Part shown: in pieces, positions 33,244-43,547 of the stretch
How positions within the stretch are numbered: the stretch's first letter is position 1
How the letters are laid out: each line of letters begins with the position of its first letter
Source of the DNA: an uncultured Methanoregulaceae archaeon
Lineage (GTDB): Archaea > Halobacteriota > Methanomicrobia > Methanomicrobiales > Methanospirillaceae
Direction of reading: 5' to 3'
DNA: 64,000 nucleotides
Assembly: GCA_963701095.1 (NCBI GenBank)
Contig: OY969564.1
Span: 1,824,001 to 1,888,000 of the forward strand
Notes under the pieces: generated by a model
Seen by the model: only the letters and a program-made list of their open reading frames with translations
Told to the model about the DNA's origin: nothing
The model's database searches: none
Translations under genes and position numbers: made by a program

Positions 33244-35023
33244 TTATTTGCCCCAGAATGGTTCAGCTTTGCGCCGTATCGCCACAAATTCAGCAAGTAC
33301 TTCCTGAGTGCTGATGTTCAGATTCTTGAGCATCTCGCGTTCGAGAACCTTAACGTGACGTTCGGGAAGATCTACAAGCAGGTCATCCCCAACGTTAAGC
33401 TGACGGCCAATCGTAGCTCCGTCGATCGAAATGGCTACTTCAAGACCGGCATCAGCCTCCCTGATTGTTTCCTGCCGGAGTTGCATGGATTTCAGGTGCC
33501 CTACTTTCTTTCCATCCGGTTTTACCAGATCCACGCCGCTCCTAAGCTTCCCGCCAAGTACCCGCACCCCGACAACCGCCGGATTGCTTTGCCGGAATAC
33601 ACAATCAGGAAGCAGTCGTATTTTTGCCGGCATCATAACATGTTCAAACTGAGCCTTTTCTGCAATTCGTTTTTGTTCGTCTTTATATGCAATGTACTGG
33701 TCGATAAGCTGATAGATCACTTGACCTGAGAACACCTTAACCTGCGTATATAACGGGTCCTTGATCATGTCTGCTGCGTCGGGAAGAATCGGTGTATTGA
33801 AGGATAAAAGGACACGGAATGTAGGATTTTTTATCGTTTCAGTATCGATGAGATCGTGTCGGCTCACCGGGCCGACCTGAGCCCTCATTACCTTAATCTC
33901 TTTTGCCTCTAACTCCTTGCAGAGTGCTTCAAGGGCTCCGATAGTATCAGACTTTTATTACAATGCCCTCGTCTGCGAGGTTGACATGTATCTCCTGCAT
34001 TTCCGTTCGGATCCGGGTCGCGAGCTCGTCACTGTTGCCCCGGATAACAAAGAGGGGAGAACCGGCGATCACTTTTTCGATACCAGGTGCAGAAACTTTG
34101 ATCCCAGCCGCTGCGACTACTGAACGGACGCGTTCGAAACGATCCTCGACAAGAATCTCTTTGAGTGGCCGGGGTTTTAAAAGCGACCTGACTTTTGCAA
34201 TCACCACATCATCCTGCGAAGCCATCGCTATCTCGTCGCCAACCGAAAGAGTACCATCGTACAAAATCACGTCAAGGGTCGTCCCAAGGCCACGTTCTTC
34301 TTTGACTTCAAGAACGGTACCTGCCCCCGGCCCTTCAATCGAGAGTTTGAGTTCTTCCCCCATATACCGTTGGGCAAGCCCTATCATAACCATAAGAAGA
34401 TCTGAGATGCCCTCACCGGTATGGGCACTTACCGGCACAATGGCAAGGTTACGCCGGAAATCCGATACCCGGTCGAAACGGTCTGCGGAAAATTCAAGGT
34501 CAGAGAGTTTTCCCACAATCTCATATGTTTTTGTCTCGATGTCGTTTTTCACGCGTTCATTTTGTTTTGCAAACGATGAAAGAAATGATTCGTCATTGTT
34601 GATCCGCCAGCCATGGATTCTGTCGATTTTTGTCGCTGCAATCACAAATGGTGTTTTACAATTCCGGAGGATCTGAAGCGCTTCGACTGTCTGGGGCTGG
34701 AACCCCTGGTTGATATCGACAACAAGGATCGCAAGATCTGCAAGCGCGCCACCACGGGCCCGCAACGTAGTGAATGCATGGTGCCCCGGGGTATCAATAA
34801 AAAGAAGGCCGGGAATATTGATGGGAATTTTCTCCATCGAACCACTCATTTTTCTGATTGCGTCAATGGGGACAATAGTTGCTCCAATATGCTGTGTAAT
34901 CGCACCCGCTTCAGATGCAACAACAGATGAGCCACGTATCTTATCAAGGAGTGAGGTTTTACCATGATCCACATGCCCCATGACACAAACAATTGGCGTT
35001 CTGATTTTCGGGTCTGCCGCCAT
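33244..35023 (-). CDS. infB: Translation initiation factor aIF5B (IF-2); +1 frameshift at 33951
   Basis: GHVDHGKT, ITQHIGA, DTPGH, TKID; removing base 33951 restores IKADTIGALEAL. Confidence 0.97.
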
Positions 35024-35272
35024 ATTTCACTCCCCCCATCCACGCTTGCTCTGATTGCAGATTAAAAATCATCCGCGGCGCGGCATAGAACAATGCCGCA
35101 TGCCATCTATCCATACTATTCTGTCAGAGCCACCTGATAACTTAATGGATGGCTCAGCCTATTAAAATCGCTCCTTTAAAATGGTAGTTGTCCAGATCTG
35201 GTTTTCCGGGATAGATGCCCGGGAGGGCAGATATATTAAAAAGAGTTCACGCCCAAATTAACTGGAATAAAT

Positions 35273-35345
35273 GCCAGGGTAGGGTAGTCTGGTTATCCTA
35301 AGGGACTGTGGATCCCTCGACCGGGTTCAAATCTCGGCCCTGGCC
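35273..35345 (+). tRNA. tRNA-His(GTG), C73, no encoded G-1
   Basis: GCCAGGG/CCCTGGC acceptor, AGGGA-CTGTGGA-TCCCT anticodon arm, TTCAAAT T-loop; variable loop appears one C short. Confidence 0.93.
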
Positions 35346-35421
35346 TAATTACTGGGTGAACTTTTCGACATATTTCTCGTTTATGCGAGGTTTATCTCTC
35401 TTTCAAATCGATAGACTTGTA

Positions 35422-36156
35422 TCAAGACATTACTGCCTGGATTGTCCAGGGACCGCTTGCAGTTATATTCAAGTAATACTTTCCTTCGTCTAGTTTCTGA
35501 GTCTTTATTACTGTACAGGAATCGATATCGTTTGCAAGGAGCGCAACCCGGTTACCGGCGGCATCTGTAAGCCAGACAATATAATTGCTCTGGCCGGAAT
35601 ATACAAGAGTAAATGCCCACAAACCAGTTCTGGTCGCCGAAAAGGGAATCACCATGTTTCCCGTCCCTGAAAGAGAAGCTCTTGAAGCACCGGCGGCTCC
35701 CTGGTACAACGAATACGTAATACCCGTGGCATCTCGATTGAACATCGTATTGGACTCAGGGGAGTAGACCCAGATCGTATTAGCCCCGGAATCACGGGTA
35801 ACAAGATAGGTATTGTCTCCTGCAGGCTTCCATGTACCGTTATACATCACCCCGGGCTGGTTTGCAAAGGTTTCCTGGGTTTTACCATTTACATCAAATG
35901 AAATAGTAAAAAGGTAAGCAGGTCCCGGGCTCCTCCAGACTCCGACTATAGGATCGAGAGAAAGTGACGCGGCCAGGGAACGGGAAGATGCCAATGCAGG
36001 TAAAGAGGCAGCTGGAGTAACCGAAGTTGTAGGTGCGGTTCCCCCCCCGGCTTCTGTACACCCCGCAGTAATAACACAACCGATGCAAAGAACGATTAGG
36101 CATATAGGCCCGATTTTCTGAAGGGTCCGGATACGATCCTTTTGCACGATAGTCAT
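35422..36156 (-). CDS. Predicted lipoprotein with two beta-rich domains
   Basis: Hydrophobic leader ending VITAGC; DPIVGVW; C-terminal YYLNITASGPWTI. Confidence 0.75.
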   Translation of the reverse strand: MTIVQKDRIRTLQKIGPICLIVLCIGCVITAGCTEAGGGTAPTTSVTPAASLPALASSRSLAASLSLDPIVGVWRSPGPAYLFTISFDVNGKTQETFANQPGVMYNGTWKPAGDNTYLVTRDSGANTIWVYSPESNTMFNRDATGITYSLYQGAAGASRASLSGTGNMVIPFSATRTGLWAFTLVYSGQSNYIVWLTDAAGNRVALLANDIDSCTVIKTQKLDEGKYYLNITASGPWTIQAVMS

Positions 36157-36366
36157 CCCTCCGGGTAAGTCCTCCTCTTGTATTGTATATGTTAATGGTC
36201 TGGTTTTGAATACTTTCAGGGGATATAACCGCCAGGTTATATCTATCGATTCTGAAATTTCTTTTAACTGCTTTTTAGGTAGAGCATACGGCAAAACATT
36301 TCCATTCCTCTCAAAGTTACCCGTTTTTCCGAAATGGACAGCCTTTTCTCATTCCCCCGGTAACAG

Positions 36367-37263
36367 ATGTTTGTGGACTCACTAACTCATGCACTTGTTG
36401 CTTCAATGGTTTTTTATGGTCTCGGCCTCATGCAGCTGCTGCCTTTTACAGTGATCGGCGTGGTTATCATAGACGCTGATATCCTCTTTTCCCTTCTCTC
36501 TCGTGGGAATCCTTCCCTTTATCTCTTCATTCATGGTGGAATTGCTCACAGCATAGCTGGTGCAACCGTGATGTCTGTTATTTCTTACGTTGGTATCTGG
36601 GTAGCAGTCTTTGTCGGTCTGATCTGTCCAACTCTAGTGTACGGATCTGGGGCCGCGGGCTTTGCTGCAATTCTGGCAGGTGCATTCCTTCACCTTGCAA
36701 TGGATCTCCCGGCAACACCTGGCATTCCCCTCTTTGCTCCGGCATCGGATCGAAAATATTCATTTTTTCTGTTGCCTGGGCCTAGTCTCTTTTTAATGGG
36801 AGTAAGTTTCTTTCTCATTATCTGGATGATTCTTGGCGCTCTTTCATTCGCGCAAGGAATGGTGATATTTGCGGTTTTCTTTGGTTTGTTCCTGCTGATT
36901 CGAATCGTTGCATACCTCATCTCCCGCCCGGAACTTCGAAAAATGACGTGTGCCCTCCCGCAGATGAGCCCGCTGCAATGGATCGCAATAAGCGAAACTC
37001 CTGATTCATGGTGCGTGCAGAACTACCGGATCGGTTCCGGGTTCGCCGAACCTGAATTCTATCCTAAGTTCAGGGACATTTCACCAAAGGAAATTTTACC
37101 GTACTTGTCATTACCTGAAGTAAAACGACTGAAGTACCACTCGTTTATTGTCATTGCAGCAAAGGAGGGCAATGAAATTGTTTTCTCCGATCCGCTTAGG
37201 GTCACAGGGAAGATCTTTTACCCGCCGCACTTTAAGCAGGTCCGGATTGCAATCATGAGTTAG
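36367..37263 (+). CDS. Membrane-bound metal-dependent hydrolase (YdjM-like)
   Basis: DSLTH, DAD, HGGIAHS, HLAMD with multiple TM helices. Confidence 0.85.
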   Translation: MFVDSLTHALVASMVFYGLGLMQLLPFTVIGVVIIDADILFSLLSRGNPSLYLFIHGGIAHSIAGATVMSVISYVGIWVAVFVGLICPTLVYGSGAAGFAAILAGAFLHLAMDLPATPGIPLFAPASDRKYSFFLLPGPSLFLMGVSFFLIIWMILGALSFAQGMVIFAVFFGLFLLIRIVAYLISRPELRKMTCALPQMSPLQWIAISETPDSWCVQNYRIGSGFAEPEFYPKFRDISPKEILPYLSLPEVKRLKYHSFIVIAAKEGNEIVFSDPLRVTGKIFYPPHFKQVRIAIMS

Positions 37264-37438
37264 GACGAATAGTGAGATCTCAAGAATTGGAGGAATAGAT
37301 TATACGGTACTCCTGTTTAACTGCTAGTTATTGTTTGACCGAAAAAGTTCGATCAACCCCTTCCGAAACTGGCACTTTCACTCTCCGCATGCCCTCCTGA
37401 TTATACGGGACTGTTTCGCAGAGTGGATAGTGAAATCG

Positions 37439-37893
37439 ATGAACGATCAAGAAAGGACGGATGGAGTGATTACTACAATCCGTGAGATGAATCGCTGCTG
37501 GACAGAGACTTGGGACGAAAAGGCGTTTGGGGAATATATCCATGTGGATGCAGTCTCGATTAACCCCACATCTCCCGCCGTCTCGAGAGCCGCGATGCTT
37601 ATATCTCCGGCTGGCGGGTGTTTGTGGAGGAAGCTACGATCCATTCATGGGATGAGTCCGGACACCGGGTCAGTTTCTTCTGTCGGGGCACATGCACTGT
37701 TGTGACATACTTCTTTGCAATCCGTTTTGTGATGGCCGAAAAAGAGATAATCATGCTGGGCCGGGACATGTTTTCGCTGATCCGGCAAGATGGCCGCTGG
37801 TTTGTGGTGTCCGATCAGTTCTCCCCGGAACCGGGCAGGTGTGAAAGAGTTATCCGGGCCTATCCGTATAAAAAAGCAGGGTACCTACTATAG
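37439..37893 (+). CDS. NTF2-like (DUF4440/SnoaL) protein; -1 frameshift near 37577
   Basis: MNRCWTETWD...; GRDMFSLIRQDGRWFVVSDQFS C-terminal strands. Confidence 0.75.
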
Positions 37894-37906
37894 AGAAGAG
37901 AATAGT

Positions 37907-38161
37907 ATGGACGTTATCACACTTGTCGGTTTTATCGCTGGCACACTTACAACTGTAGCATATGTCCCGCAGGTCGTCCGGAGCTGGCGGCTTAAAGAGA
38001 CAAGAGATATCTCCCTTTCCATGCTCGTACTTTATGCAATTGGTGTTTTTCTCTGGCTCTTGTACGGGTGCTGGACAAACGCCCTTCCCATAATCGTGGC
38101 TAACGGTATTTCTGAAATATTGATTCTTATCCTGCTCGGGATCAAGCTGCATTACCTGTGA
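37907..38161 (+). CDS. SemiSWEET/PQ-loop transporter
   Basis: 84 aa, 3 TM; YVPQV, TRDISL, WLLYG, PIIVAN. Confidence 0.9.
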   Translation: MDVITLVGFIAGTLTTVAYVPQVVRSWRLKETRDISLSMLVLYAIGVFLWLLYGCWTNALPIIVANGISEILILILLGIKLHYL

Positions 38162-38226
38162 TTTTAACAGGCATTGGGGTGACCGGGAAAAAGGTCAAGT
38201 CCCGGGTAAAAACGTATAAAAAAGGT

Positions 38227-38841
38227 TTAATCCTGAAGGAGTACGAGGCAACCGGCGATTTTGTCGTGGAGACCCTGCCGTTTCTTGGTGAGACCGATCA
38301 TTAAAAACCCGATGAATATAATCAGGGTCGAAATGAACTTCCCGAAGAACCTGAGTGTAGCCCGCGCAAACGTTATCCTATTGCCTTCGACATCGGTTAC
38401 TTGGAGGCTCATCAAAACTTTGCCTGGAGTAGCCTGTCCCCGCGAAGATTCAAAGCCTGCGTAATAAAGCCAGGGAACGACAACAACAAGAATACCGACG
38501 GCAGCGACGATAGGGCCGATGGCTGCGATAGGTGCTCCCGTCTCGGTAAGGGAAGAAATCGGCGCGTGGTCGACCACGATATAGATCAGATACATGATCC
38601 CATTCTCTTGGTTGAAAAATGCAACCGCAATTATACCGAATAGAACAATAAGTATAAAATCGACGATAAATGCAACGAACCGCCGCCCTAGACCAGCGTA
38701 AATACCGATCTCGGGCCCTTCGTCAGGATCGGGCGCCGCCACTACCACCGGGGCAGGGGCAACGTTATCTATCGGTGCCCCGCACCATTGGCAGAATTGT
38801 CCGGAAGCGTCAGTCTCCTTCCCACATTTTGGACAGAACAT
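38227..38841 (-). CDS. RDD family membrane protein with N-terminal zinc ribbon
   Basis: MFCPKCG..FCQWCG; RRFVAFIVD; QATPGK; QGLHDKIA. Confidence 0.92.
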   Translation of the reverse strand: MFCPKCGKETDASGQFCQWCGAPIDNVAPAPVVVAAPDPDEGPEIGIYAGLGRRFVAFIVDFILIVLFGIIAVAFFNQENGIMYLIYIVVDHAPISSLTETGAPIAAIGPIVAAVGILVVVVPWLYYAGFESSRGQATPGKVLMSLQVTDVEGNRITFARATLRFFGKFISTLIIFIGFLMIGLTKKRQGLHDKIAGCLVLLQD

Positions 38842-39048
38842 TCCTCTTACTCCTGATAGGTTAAGTTAATCCGGGTGTCCTTTTTAATTTAACTGTTCTA
38901 AACTGAAAATAATGCAGGTTTCTACGGCTCCCTTGATGAAACGGTCATTATCATTCAAGTATGAGACGGGCAGTGCAACCGTACTGGCATTATTCTGCAA
39001 AAAAGCTGAACACAAGTCAGAAATAATCCCGGGTGAAAAAGGATATTC

Positions 39049-39537
39049 ATGAGATTTCTACTTCTTACAGTCGCGGGTTGTATGCTTTTATTCTGCGTAC
39101 TGTTTGCCGGTTGCACGAGCCCGACCCAGGCACAAATTCAGCCCTTCTCGACCATAGTCACAACGCAGGCATCAGAAACAACCGTCACGGTGATTTCCGC
39201 CGAACCAACAACTTTAGAACCTGTCTCTCCGCTGCCGCCAAATCAGGGTATATATCTTTCACTCACCAAAGATCGGACAAACGGAAAGATAACCCTGCTC
39301 TGCAATAACGGGCCGGGCCTGATCGTCACCCAGGCAATCGAGATGAAGATTACGCGGGCAGATGGGAGCGTGGTCGACGAGTTCATGAATAACGGCGGTG
39401 AGATAACCAGTGGCAGCGAGATTGTTGTCCAGGGAACCCTTGATGGGACTGATCACGCTGTGGTCTGGGTTACTTCTGCAGGTAAAATCTACAAGGTCAT
39501 CGATCAGGACATTTCTTCTATAAACCCCTATTCCTGA
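39049..39537 (+). CDS. Predicted lipoprotein
   Basis: Lipobox VLFAGC followed by Thr-rich linker. Confidence 0.75.
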   Translation: MRFLLLTVAGCMLLFCVLFAGCTSPTQAQIQPFSTIVTTQASETTVTVISAEPTTLEPVSPLPPNQGIYLSLTKDRTNGKITLLCNNGPGLIVTQAIEMKITRADGSVVDEFMNNGGEITSGSEIVVQGTLDGTDHAVVWVTSAGKIYKVIDQDISSINPYS

Positions 39538-39551
39538 TCTTCCTCTGACTT

Positions 39552-40625
39552 TTATTCCCTTATTCCTCCGATCTTTTCGGCGTATTTCTGCAAGAAGTAC
39601 CCAAGCATAAGCACAGCAAGACACACACCTCCAAGAACAATCCATTGCTCTATACCAGCAGTTCCAACCGCGAGCCGGGCGACCAGGTTCAGCGGATTGA
39701 AAGGTATGGCAAGCACAAGGAGCAGAATAACGACAAGAGCGGTGGAAAAGACAAACTGTGCTGCTGTTCGTTCCCGATAGTAGAGTGCGCACATGGTCCC
39801 TATCAAAATAAGGAGCAAGGATGTGAGGGTGACTTGGACCAGGATAAAGATAGGATTATCTATAACGATCCTATTTGCAGTAAGCAGGAGAATCCATGCT
39901 CCGGCCTGGAGCGGGACAAGGACTGTGCACGTAACTATCTTCCCCCAAACCATCTCGGCAAAAGTGACCGGTGTGGATATAAGTGTCTCGAGCGTCTCAT
40001 GCTGGAACTCCTCCGTGATCAGATCAATAACCAGTGCCGAAGAAAGTATTCCCGGTAGAAAGACGAGAAGCGGGACGAGAAGCCCATAAACGAATCCAAA
40101 GAAATCACCATTCCCGGCTGAGGCCGGAATCTGGACCGGGACAGGAGTTACATTCAGGCGATTAGCCCGGACAGTTCGCAGGTCCTGTTCATATTGAAGA
40201 AAAATATTTTTCAGTCTCACATCCACGACCGCTCCCTGAAGATCGTTTGCGAGTGTGTATAAAGTGATTTTAACGGGATCTTGTGCATCAGGCAGGGTAA
40301 CGGGTGCGTAGACGACTGCCGAAATTCTGCGTTCTTTCAGGAGCTCAACTGCAGTTGAAAGATCTATCTGCCGCACCCGGAGATCCTGGCTGTTCTCCAG
40401 ATATCCCAGTAGAGGGCTTTTATTTCCCGCATACGCGATGGTGTACCTGAAGTGGGAGTATCCCGACAGTGAGGCCGGGTCATACATTGATGTGAGTCCA
40501 ACCATGAGAAACGATGAGAAGAGCGCGATGAAGATCTGGAGCAGGACCGCAAGAAGGATCGTTTTCTCTGAATAGAGTCCTCGGAATTCTTTTTTGGCAA
40601 CGACGGAAATATGCCTTGTTTTCAT
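39552..40625 (-). CDS. ABC-2 type (NatB-like) permease
   Basis: VAKKEF, ITEEFQHETLETLISTPV, GK; ATGA overlap with upstream permease. Confidence 0.88.
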   Translation of the reverse strand: MKTRHISVVAKKEFRGLYSEKTILLAVLLQIFIALFSSFLMVGLTSMYDPASLSGYSHFRYTIAYAGNKSPLLGYLENSQDLRVRQIDLSTAVELLKERRISAVVYAPVTLPDAQDPVKITLYTLANDLQGAVVDVRLKNIFLQYEQDLRTVRANRLNVTPVPVQIPASAGNGDFFGFVYGLLVPLLVFLPGILSSALVIDLITEEFQHETLETLISTPVTFAEMVWGKIVTCTVLVPLQAGAWILLLTANRIVIDNPIFILVQVTLTSLLLILIGTMCALYYRERTAAQFVFSTALVVILLLVLAIPFNPLNLVARLAVGTAGIEQWIVLGGVCLAVLMLGYFLQKYAEKIGGIRE

Positions 40626-42430
40626 CGTATCCACCCCAAAATAAAGTACAGGTTATAACAGCAATGAAGCACAGTAGCGGCAATAAGACCCGGCCAAAGC
40701 CCTAGTTTTCCCCAGACTTTGAGCGAACTGGCCACGATGAGGACACAAGCAAAGTGAAGCAGGAGGGGTAGCCAGAGTACACCAAGCGACAAAAAGAGGA
40801 TGCTTCCGAAAATCGACGAAGTTATCTGGGATAGCGTTGCAAAGAGGAGGAGTTTTTCACCGAGGAGAAAACCGATGGCAATAGCGGCACAGGCAAGAAC
40901 CAGGTTTTTCCATGAAAAGAATGAAGGGTCGCGAACAAAGATGGTATAGATCCCGATGGCTTTAGCCATCTCTTCTATAAGGGCGGCAATAACGAGCAGG
41001 AGAATAAGCGAGTACGGCATGGGGAGATTGAAAAAAACAACAAGGCCCATCATCTGGGCCATAAAAACGAATGGTATCGAGAAAACGGCAAGAAGAAAAA
41101 GTGCAGCAAACGGATGTTGCGGCGGGAGAATACTGGAAAGAAACTCGCGAATCCGGGGCAGGAACTTTTTTTCAGAGAAAAGGCGTTCCTCGTTGAAATT
41201 CTGTGCCGCAATGTAGAAGAGAACGATTGCAGTCAGCCAGAAAAGGGTTGTCGAATAAAAGTAATCAGAAATTGTCCATGTAGTTCCTTGGATGGTGAGC
41301 ACGATCAGTGTAAGTGGAGAAACAAGGGAGATGACGTGAACGTTTGCGAAGATGCTGGGGAAGAATAGATACGATGTTGCGACGGTAGAAAAGAAGATGG
41401 AGATAAACGAAAGCTCTTTGAAGCTGCGGGCGAGCATGCCGATAATCAGTGCATTTGCGAGGAAAAAAATGATAATCGGAATAAGGGGCAGAAGGATGAG
41501 GGGCGACGCCTTGATGTAGAATGTGATTACTGCGCAAATGCCGATCATTCCAAGGAAATACGGGAGCATCTTTCCAATGATGATAGATGAGGTTTTTACC
41601 GGAAGTGAAAGGAGGGCTTCCCCCTGTCGTCCGGTTCTTTCATTCATGATGCTCATCATAAAAAACTGCGACGTAAAATACAGAGGGAAAATGAAAACGA
41701 AAACAAGGATGATCGAATCAAAAGGGAGAGGTGGTGAGAGTTGATCCGGCGTCACAAATGATCCCATGATGGACTGTCCCGGTGAGATGATGTCAGTATA
41801 CCGGGAGACCTGTGAATTTTGCTGAGATGTTTCTGCAAGCTCCTGGCGGAGTTCGTCCTGCGTGGCAGCGAGTGTGGATGACGGCTTGGGAACGTTTTGG
41901 ACTGTTTCCTGGGGAACCGGCACTCCCGTTCCGGGAGCTACCACCACATACTGACCGTTCTGTGTGGCAGAAAAGTTGAGTTCGCTTTCCACGGGCTGGG
42001 TGTCAATCCAGAGCGGGTACGCAGCAAAAAGGTCACTTTCGCCGGTGTAAACCCCGTTTCTGTACTGCGTATAGTCCCTTTCGAGTGCATTTTGCGCCGA
42101 TAATCCCTTCTCTGTCGGGCTTGCATGTACCACACCATTTATAATTACCAGGTCATATGCACCATCATTTCCGGCGAGCGCGGCGTTGTCAGCCTGAAAA
42201 ACGGTAAAGCGAGTGTCTGAGGCAAACAGGGCCGCAACTTTAGGGTCATCGACTCCGATCCGGTACATGCCGTCTTGGATATGTAGCCCGCTTTCTGCTG
42301 CAAAACCCGTAACAAGAATCAGGAGAACAAAAAGGATGATGGCGACCGGCAGGACGTTACGCGACATAACCGAGAAAGATTTTTTAACCTCCCAGCGAGC
42401 GATGGTCGCAATATCTCTGCCTGTTCCCAT
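40622..42430 (-). CDS. ABC-2 permease fused to C-terminal PrsW-family intramembrane protease
   Basis: IARWE, SIMNER...EALLSLP..GK; then EEMAK, GFLLGE, LLLH, LHCCYN. Confidence 0.85.
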   Translation of the reverse strand: MGTGRDIATIARWEVKKSFSVMSRNVLPVAIILFVLLILVTGFAAESGLHIQDGMYRIGVDDPKVAALFASDTRFTVFQADNAALAGNDGAYDLVIINGVVHASPTEKGLSAQNALERDYTQYRNGVYTGESDLFAAYPLWIDTQPVESELNFSATQNGQYVVVAPGTGVPVPQETVQNVPKPSSTLAATQDELRQELAETSQQNSQVSRYTDIISPGQSIMGSFVTPDQLSPPLPFDSIILVFVFIFPLYFTSQFFMMSIMNERTGRQGEALLSLPVKTSSIIIGKMLPYFLGMIGICAVITFYIKASPLILLPLIPIIIFFLANALIIGMLARSFKELSFISIFFSTVATSYLFFPSIFANVHVISLVSPLTLIVLTIQGTTWTISDYFYSTTLFWLTAIVLFYIAAQNFNEERLFSEKKFLPRIREFLSSILPPQHPFAALFLLAVFSIPFVFMAQMMGLVVFFNLPMPYSLILLLVIAALIEEMAKAIGIYTIFVRDPSFFSWKNLVLACAAIAIGFLLGEKLLLFATLSQITSSIFGSILFLSLGVLWLPLLLHFACVLIVASSLKVWGKLGLWPGLIAATVLHCCYNLYFILGWIR

Positions 42431-42609
42431 AAGTTGTCTCCCGTTCTAAAAACGCGGTAAATAATCAATAAGTAGTGGTAATGTGGTCAAATACTGATCG
42501 ATGCTGACACGGCGGCGACGCGTTGAATCTGCACATATCCCAATATATATGGCACTCCCCTCACAAGTCTACAATACAGAAAAAGTCTGACCTTCCGGAG
42601 AAACTGAAA

Positions 42610-43499
42610 ATGATCACGGCAAACAACCTGACCAAGCGTTACGAAAGTTTCGTCGCACTTGATGATGTGAGTTTTTCATTTCCAGGTACTGGGATCTTTG
42701 GAATCGTAGGACACAATGGAGCCGGTAAGACCACATTGTTAAAGATCATTGCCGGGCTGATCATGCCGTCTTTGGGGGAACTGTCGGTTAACGATATCGA
42801 TGTTGTCCACTCTCCCATGGCGCTGAAAGAAACCTTAGGTACCTCCCCGAGGAATCCAGGCTCTATGAAACGATGACCGCGGAAGAATACCTTGCATTTT
42901 TTGGCGAAATCTACGGGATCCCGAAACAGGAGATCGCTAACCGGACTCGTCGGCTTTTCACTGCACTCTCTCTTGAAACCGGAGGAAAGAAGCTGGGTGA
43001 ATTTAGTAAAGGAATGAAGCGTAAGACCGCCATTGCCCGTTCTCTCATCCATAATCCCGGTTTCCTTGTTTACGATGAGCCGACAAGCGGGCTTGATCCA
43101 ATGACCTCACGTTTCATCGCCGAATACCTCAAAAAACTTAAAAATGAAGGCCGGACCATTGTGCTGTCGGCTCATAACCTCTTTCAGATCGAAGCGATCT
43201 GCGATCGGGTGATGATTCTCCGGAGAGGAAAGGTAGTGGCGCTTGGAACCATGGACGAGCTTCGCGAACAGTTCGGCTCGATCACATATACAATCTGGTT
43301 CTCACATCCCGATCCCACACGTATTAATTCACAGTTGCTCAGCTACCGTCAGGATGACCGCGGTTTTGCCTGTGACGCCGGTGATATGGCCGGCCTTAAT
43401 AGCTGTTCAGAAACGATCACATCATCAGGTGGCAGGGTCGAACGCATCGAATCCAGGTACCCGTCATTGGAAGAGATGCTCGTGGCAATCGGGGAGTAA
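42610..43499 (+). CDS. ABC transporter ATP-binding protein; -1 frameshift near 42838
   Basis: GHNGAGKTT, FSKGMK, DEPTSGLD, SAH. Confidence 0.95.
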
Positions 43500-43547
43500 A
43501 AATGTTTTTGATTTACGGGCTTTAAGTTAGCCGGCATTCTGAAAGTG

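Noticed and set aside
35080..35099. GCGGCAT/ATGCCGC hairpin upstream of infB (and CGAGCC/GGCTCG at 11553-11572)
   Set aside because: Single 6-7 bp stems are expected by chance; no further support
35346..39540. Genomic island downstream of tRNA-His
   Set aside because: Accessory-looking genes, but no integrase, no repeated tRNA 3' end and no evident composition shift
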